Below, piece after piece: positions 51,832 through 56,317 of a stretch of 56,317 nt of DNA. The stretch is taken from contig JAAYSY010000245.1 of NCBI GenBank assembly GCA_012518235.1, positions 1 to 56,317 of the forward strand, read 5' to 3'. Position 1 is the first letter of the stretch; the number at the start of each line of letters is the position of its first letter. The translations under genes and the position numbers were made by a program. The stretch is from Bacteroidales bacterium (GTDB lineage: Bacteria; Bacteroidota; Bacteroidia; Bacteroidales; Bacteroidaceae). The notes under the pieces were generated by a model that ran no database searches, was not told the origin of the DNA, and saw only the letters and a list, made by a program, of their open reading frames with translations.

Positions 51832-52464
51832 ATGACAAAAAAGAGGAAATTCTACGTTGTATGGATTGGTGTTGAGCCTGGTATCTATAACTCTTGGGCC
51901 GATTGTTCTTTACAAATTAATGGATATAAAGGAGCACAATATAAATCTTTCGATACGTTAAAAGAAGCAACAGAAGCATACAACTCACATCCTTCTGACT
52001 ATATCCAAAAGAGCCCGCCTCTAGAAACACACAGTGATAACCCCAAAATACTATCTAAAGAAATAATAGAAAACAGTGTATGTGTTGATGCTGCTTGTAG
52101 TGGTAATCCAGGACCTATGGAATATAGAGGTGTTTATACAGGAAATAATCAAGAATTATTTAAATTTGGACCTATTTGGGGGACGAATAATATTGGTGAA
52201 TTTTTAGCTATTGTACACGCCCTCGCCCTCTCTAAGCAGAATAAATGGGATATGCCTATTTATAGTGATAGTAGAAACGCTATTGCTTGGGTGAAAAATA
52301 AAAAATGCAATACTAAATTAGTTAAAAACATAAAAACAGTAGCTGTCTATGAACTGATAAATCGTGCAGAAAAATGGTTGAAAAACAATACCTATTCTAC
52401 ACAAATTATAAAGTGGAACACCCAAAAATGGGGAGAAATACCAGCCGACTTTGGTCGAAAATAA
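51832..52464 (+). CDS. rnhA: Ribonuclease HI with N-terminal hybrid-binding (Cauli_VI) domain
   Basis: KFYVVW.G..PGIY.SW..C...YKSF; VDAACSGNPG, TNNIGEFLA, YSDS, WGEIPADFGRK. Confidence 0.93.
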   Translation: MTKKRKFYVVWIGVEPGIYNSWADCSLQINGYKGAQYKSFDTLKEATEAYNSHPSDYIQKSPPLETHSDNPKILSKEIIENSVCVDAACSGNPGPMEYRGVYTGNNQELFKFGPIWGTNNIGEFLAIVHALALSKQNKWDMPIYSDSRNAIAWVKNKKCNTKLVKNIKTVAVYELINRAEKWLKNNTYSTQIIKWNTQKWGEIPADFGRK

Positions 52465-52603
52465 TATAAAAAAACTATAACTCACCTCAGTTTTTCTTCA
52501 CTCTTTCATTTTTCCATTCTTGCATAGTTCATCCTATATATTAAAGATTGAACTAGTCACAATAGAATGACTGACTTTTCTGAGCTTTTCCTATTTAAAG
52601 TGA

Positions 52604-54436
52604 TTACAAAGCCTGCATGTCATTTAATCGTTTATAATAACCCTTCCTCTCTAATAGGTCATCATGCCTTCCTCTTTCTACTATTTCGCCATCATGAAGA
52701 ACACAAATTTCATCTGCATTTCTAATTGTTGATAACCTATGGGCTATAGCAATGGTAGTTCTTGTTTTCATTAAACGCTCCAAAGCTTCTTGCACTAAAC
52801 GTTCAGACTCTGTATCTAGTGCAGAAGTTGCCTCATCTAATATTAATATAGGAGGATTCTTTAATATCGCTCTAGCTATACTGATTCTCTGACGTTGCCC
52901 CCCTGATAATTTACCCCCTCGATCGCCAATATTAGAGTCATAGCCCTCAGTTGTTTCCATAATAAATTCATGAGCATTTGCAATCTTAGCTGCTTCTATA
53001 ACGTCTTCTCTTGTTGCATTAGGAGCTCCAAAAGCTATGTTATTAAAAAATGTATCATTAAACAAAATAGCTTCCTGGTTAACATTTCCAATAATACTAC
53101 GTAGACTCATTATAGATAAGTCTTTAATATTAACCCCATCAATTAAAATTGATCCAGAAATAACATCGTGATAACGAGGCAAAAGATCAACTAAGGTGGA
53201 TTTCCCTGAACCTGACTGACCAACTAATGCTATGGTCTGCCCTTTTTTAACCTTCAGGTTTATATTCTTCAAAACACTTTTAGTATCATATTTAAAACAA
53301 ACATCCTTAAACTCTATCTCGTCTTTTAACGTATCAATCCGAACTGGATTCTCTATCTCTGTTATATTACTTTCAGCTTGTAATATTTTATCAATACGCT
53401 CCATTGAAGCAAGTCCCTTAGGTATGTTATAGCTTGCTTTAGAGAACTCTTTTAATGGATTTATGATACTATAAAGAATCACTAAATAATAAATAAAAGA
53501 AGGAGCATCAATAGAAGCAGAGTTGCTTAATATTAAAGAACCTCCAAACCACAATACAGTTACAATTAGAACCGTACCCAAAAACTCACTCATTGGATGA
53601 GCCAATGTCTGACGAGTAGCAACTCTATTAATGCAACGACGATAAGCATTTGTGCAATTCTCAAAGCGCTCCACCATTTTTTCTTCTGCATTAAAGGCTT
53701 TAATAATACGCAAACCACCTAATGTTTCCTCAAACTGTGCCATTGTATCACTCCACCGTTCTTGTGCGTCCAAAGATTGTCGTTTTAATTTTTTACCTAC
53801 TGTTCCCATCACCCACCCCATAAATGGAAGAACTAGAATGGTGAACAAAGTGAGTTGCCAACTAATAAAAATCAACATACCAAAATAAATAAGAATCAAA
53901 ATAGGATTCTTAACAAGCATGTCTAATGAACTTGTTATAGATGTTTCCACTTCGTTTACATCACCGCTCATTCTCGCTATAATATCACCTTTCCGCTCTT
54001 CTGAGAAAAAGGCCAAAGGTAATACAATAACCTTTTTGTAAAGTTGAATTCTTATATCTCTTACGATACCGGTTCTCAAAGGAATCATAATAGCAGAAGA
54101 AGCAAAATAAGCTGATGTCTTAAATAACGTCATAACTGCTAAGAAAACACCCAATATTAACAAAGTGAAAGATGCACCATGAGCCCCAACTAGTGTTGTT
54201 ATATAATAATAGAAGTTATTAACTACCAATTCTTTAAGTCCAACACCTTCTGCCCCCCAAGGGATAAATGAATAAACCTTAGAATCCATTTCAAATAGAA
54301 TCTGTAAAATAGGAATAATCAAAGCAAACGAAAATACATTAAGTATTGCAGATAGTAAATTCAAAAAGAATGCACCTGTTACATAACGTTTATAAGGAGG
54401 TAGAAATCGGCGTAATATATTTAGAAACTCTTTCAT
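52604..54436 (-). CDS. MsbA-like ABC exporter (fused TMD and NBD)
   Basis: Multi-pass transmembrane domain, GQSGSGKST, LSGGQRQR, ILDEATSALD, AHRLST. Confidence 0.9.
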   Translation of the reverse strand: MKEFLNILRRFLPPYKRYVTGAFFLNLLSAILNVFSFALIIPILQILFEMDSKVYSFIPWGAEGVGLKELVVNNFYYYITTLVGAHGASFTLLILGVFLAVMTLFKTSAYFASSAIMIPLRTGIVRDIRIQLYKKVIVLPLAFFSEERKGDIIARMSGDVNEVETSITSSLDMLVKNPILILIYFGMLIFISWQLTLFTILVLPFMGWVMGTVGKKLKRQSLDAQERWSDTMAQFEETLGGLRIIKAFNAEEKMVERFENCTNAYRRCINRVATRQTLAHPMSEFLGTVLIVTVLWFGGSLILSNSASIDAPSFIYYLVILYSIINPLKEFSKASYNIPKGLASMERIDKILQAESNITEIENPVRIDTLKDEIEFKDVCFKYDTKSVLKNINLKVKKGQTIALVGQSGSGKSTLVDLLPRYHDVISGSILIDGVNIKDLSIMSLRSIIGNVNQEAILFNDTFFNNIAFGAPNATREDVIEAAKIANAHEFIMETTEGYDSNIGDRGGKLSGGQRQRISIARAILKNPPILILDEATSALDTESERLVQEALERLMKTRTTIAIAHRLSTIRNADEICVLHDGEIVERGRHDDLLERKGYYKRLNDMQAL

Positions 54437-54667
54437 TTTGTAGTTTTATTTATAAGCTTTAGAACCGCAAAGATAGAAGAAAAGGAATAGATACCCTTAA
54501 CTTACTCTTTAATATTCTGATACGGACTAGAAATTCTTTTTTATGTATTTACTATTAATTAGTATACAAAGCTAACCTACAATAAGACAATAGACTATTT
54601 TGGTAGAGTTATTAGTATTTATTCATATCTTTGTAAGACTTAAAAAACAATTAAATTTAATACCATT

Positions 54668-55273
54668 ATGACATTTAGCAAATTAAGCAATCAAATTTTT
54701 GAAAAGGCAACAGCTGATTATCATATTACAGATAGTGTAGATGCTGAAATAAAAAACCCTTATGAGGAAAAATCTATTGAATATTTTCTTTATCTAAAAA
54801 ATTGGATTGATGCTGTTCAATGGCACTTTGAGGATATTATTCGTGATCCTAATATTGATCCTGTAGAAGCTTTAGCCTTAAAAAGAAGAATTGATAAATC
54901 AAATCAAAACAGAACTGATCTTGTTGAACTTATAGATAGCTACTTTTTAGATAAATACAAAGAGGTCAACATTGATAAAGATGCTACTATAAATACAGAA
55001 AGTCCAGCATGGGCTATCGATCGCCTCTCTATATTAACCTTAAAGGTTTACCACATGAAAGAGGAAACAGAAAGAACAGATGTTTCACAAGAGCACATCG
55101 ATACTTGTAATAATAAACTATCAATTCTACTTGAGCAACAAAAAGATTTATCTACAGCTATAGATCAGCTTATTGAAGATATTGAAACAGGCAAAAAATA
55201 CATGAAGGTATATAAACAAATGAAGATGTATAACGACCCTAATCTTAATCCTATACTTTACGCTAAAAAATAA
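54668..55273 (+). CDS. DUF4254 domain protein
   Basis: QWHFEDIIRDP, KRRIDKSNQNRTD, TESPAWAIDRLSIL; TATCTTTG at 54626-54633. Confidence 0.85.
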   Translation: MTFSKLSNQIFEKATADYHITDSVDAEIKNPYEEKSIEYFLYLKNWIDAVQWHFEDIIRDPNIDPVEALALKRRIDKSNQNRTDLVELIDSYFLDKYKEVNIDKDATINTESPAWAIDRLSILTLKVYHMKEETERTDVSQEHIDTCNNKLSILLEQQKDLSTAIDQLIEDIETGKKYMKVYKQMKMYNDPNLNPILYAKK

Positions 55274-56317
55274 ATGACTAAAATTTTAGTGATACGTTTC
55301 TCTGCTTTTGGTGATGTGGCTATGACTATACCCGTAATCTATTCACTAGCTAAACAATATCCGGAGTTAGATATAACATTCTTGAGCAGAGAAAACTTTA
55401 AACCTCTTTTCCAACACTTACCTTCTAACGTACACTTCATAGGGGTTGACTTAGAAGAGTATAATGGTATCTGGGGTCTTTATCGACTATCCAAAGAGCT
55501 AAAAAAGGAAAAATTTGATATTGTCGCCGACTTTCACAATGTATTGCGCACCAAATTTATAAGGCAGCAACTACATCGTGATGGTAGCTTAATTGCTACA
55601 CTAAATAAAGGCAGAAAAGAAAAAAAAGAACTTACGCGTAAAAAAAACAAAAGACTAAGACCACTAAAATCAACATTTCAACGCTATCTTGAAGTATTAG
55701 ATAAACTATCATACCCTACTGAATTATCTTTCCTTTCTCTTTTCAAAAGCAAACCACAAAGCACTGTTCAACTCTCAATCAAAGAGCTACAACACAAAAA
55801 GGAATCTGATATTTGGATTGGCATTGCTCCCTTTGCTAAACACAAAGGGAAAATTTATCCCCCAAACTTAATGTTACGAGTGATAAAGAATGTACTGAAG
55901 GACAATAGAAAAATAATCCTTTTTGGTGGGGGAAAAGAAGAAATTGAACTATTTAATAAATGGAGAGAAGACTATCCTCAATTAATTATTGCTGCAAAAA
56001 AATTAAGTCTAGAACAAGAGTTAATTTTAATGGATAATTTAGATTGCATGCTTTCCATGGACTCAGCAAATATGCATTTAGCCTCCCTAGTTAACACCCC
56101 GGTTCTATCTATATGGGGTGCTACTCATCCTTATTGTGGTTTTTTTGGGTGGAATCAAGATCTAAATAACGCTATTCAATTAAACATGCCTTGTAGGCCT
56201 TGCTCTGTATTTGGTAATAAAGCTTGTTACCGGGGTGATTACGCATGCTTAGTCGATATAAACCCTTACGATATTGTTGCTAAAATTGAAGACTTGATTA
56301 CACAACCTCAACAAAAA
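55274..56317 (+). CDS. Glycosyltransferase family 9 (heptosyltransferase-like), 3' partial; absent from the ORF track because there is no stop in the window
   Basis: Manual translation: MTKILVIRFSAFGDVAMTIP...DFHNVLRT...IGIAPFAKH.GK.YP...SMDSANMHLASL...WGATHP...CRPCS. Frame is open to the window end. Confidence 0.92.
   Translation, partial: MTKILVIRFSAFGDVAMTIPVIYSLAKQYPELDITFLSRENFKPLFQHLPSNVHFIGVDLEEYNGIWGLYRLSKELKKEKFDIVADFHNVLRTKFIRQQLHRDGSLIATLNKGRKEKKELTRKKNKRLRPLKSTFQRYLEVLDKLSYPTELSFLSLFKSKPQSTVQLSIKELQHKKESDIWIGIAPFAKHKGKIYPPNLMLRVIKNVLKDNRKIILFGGGKEEIELFNKWREDYPQLIIAAKKLSLEQELILMDNLDCMLSMDSANMHLASLVNTPVLSIWGATHPYCGFFGWNQDLNNAIQLNMPCRPCSVFGNKACYRGDYACLVDINPYDIVAKIEDLITQPQQK

Noticed and set aside
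51832-51990. 'Viroplasmin' domain suggesting viral origin
   Set aside because: It is the RNA/DNA hybrid-binding domain common on bacterial RNase HI.
55615-55652. A8 tracts in the GT9 gene as phase-variation sites
   Set aside because: In-frame Lys/Glu codons; A8-A9 runs occur elsewhere in this AT-rich window, including in core genes.

Overview
AT-rich, gene-dense core chromosome of a Bacteroides-like (Bacteroidales) bacterium. The assignment rests on TAnnTTTG -7 promoter elements, A-rich translation starts without Shine-Dalgarno sequences, and gene order. From left to right the window holds: a dut-TPR-DUF4292-envC operon (-); dGTPase; a glsA/glsB-like glycine-lipid acyltransferase pair; the dcw cluster mraZ to ftsZ plus yqeY; recO; tRNA-Glu(TTC)-rpsT; gyrB; a small accessory patch (DUF1080, Tat-exported Gfo/Idh/MocA, DUF1622); DUF3109, gpmI and rnhB; rimP-nusA-infB-cvpA-sufBCDS-nlpE (-); a 39-aa small ORF; a tandem DUF1080; speA-argB-M48; aroK; a nitroreductase; RNase HI; an MsbA-like ABC transporter; DUF4254; and a GT9 glycosyltransferase running off the right edge. 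I saw no transposase, integrase, phage gene, rRNA or CRISPR array. The least explained signal is a dispersed intergenic repeat with an 11-bp core TG.CCTAG.CA at an exact 22-bp period, found at the left edge (possibly truncated) and again upstream of gyrB. Other candidates are a branched RNA structure with a U-tract just before cvpA-suf, a rimP leader attenuator and a Cys-rich SufD tail. All product calls come from recognising motifs by eye; no searches were run. Several starts were moved from the ORF track to a more plausible downstream ATG.
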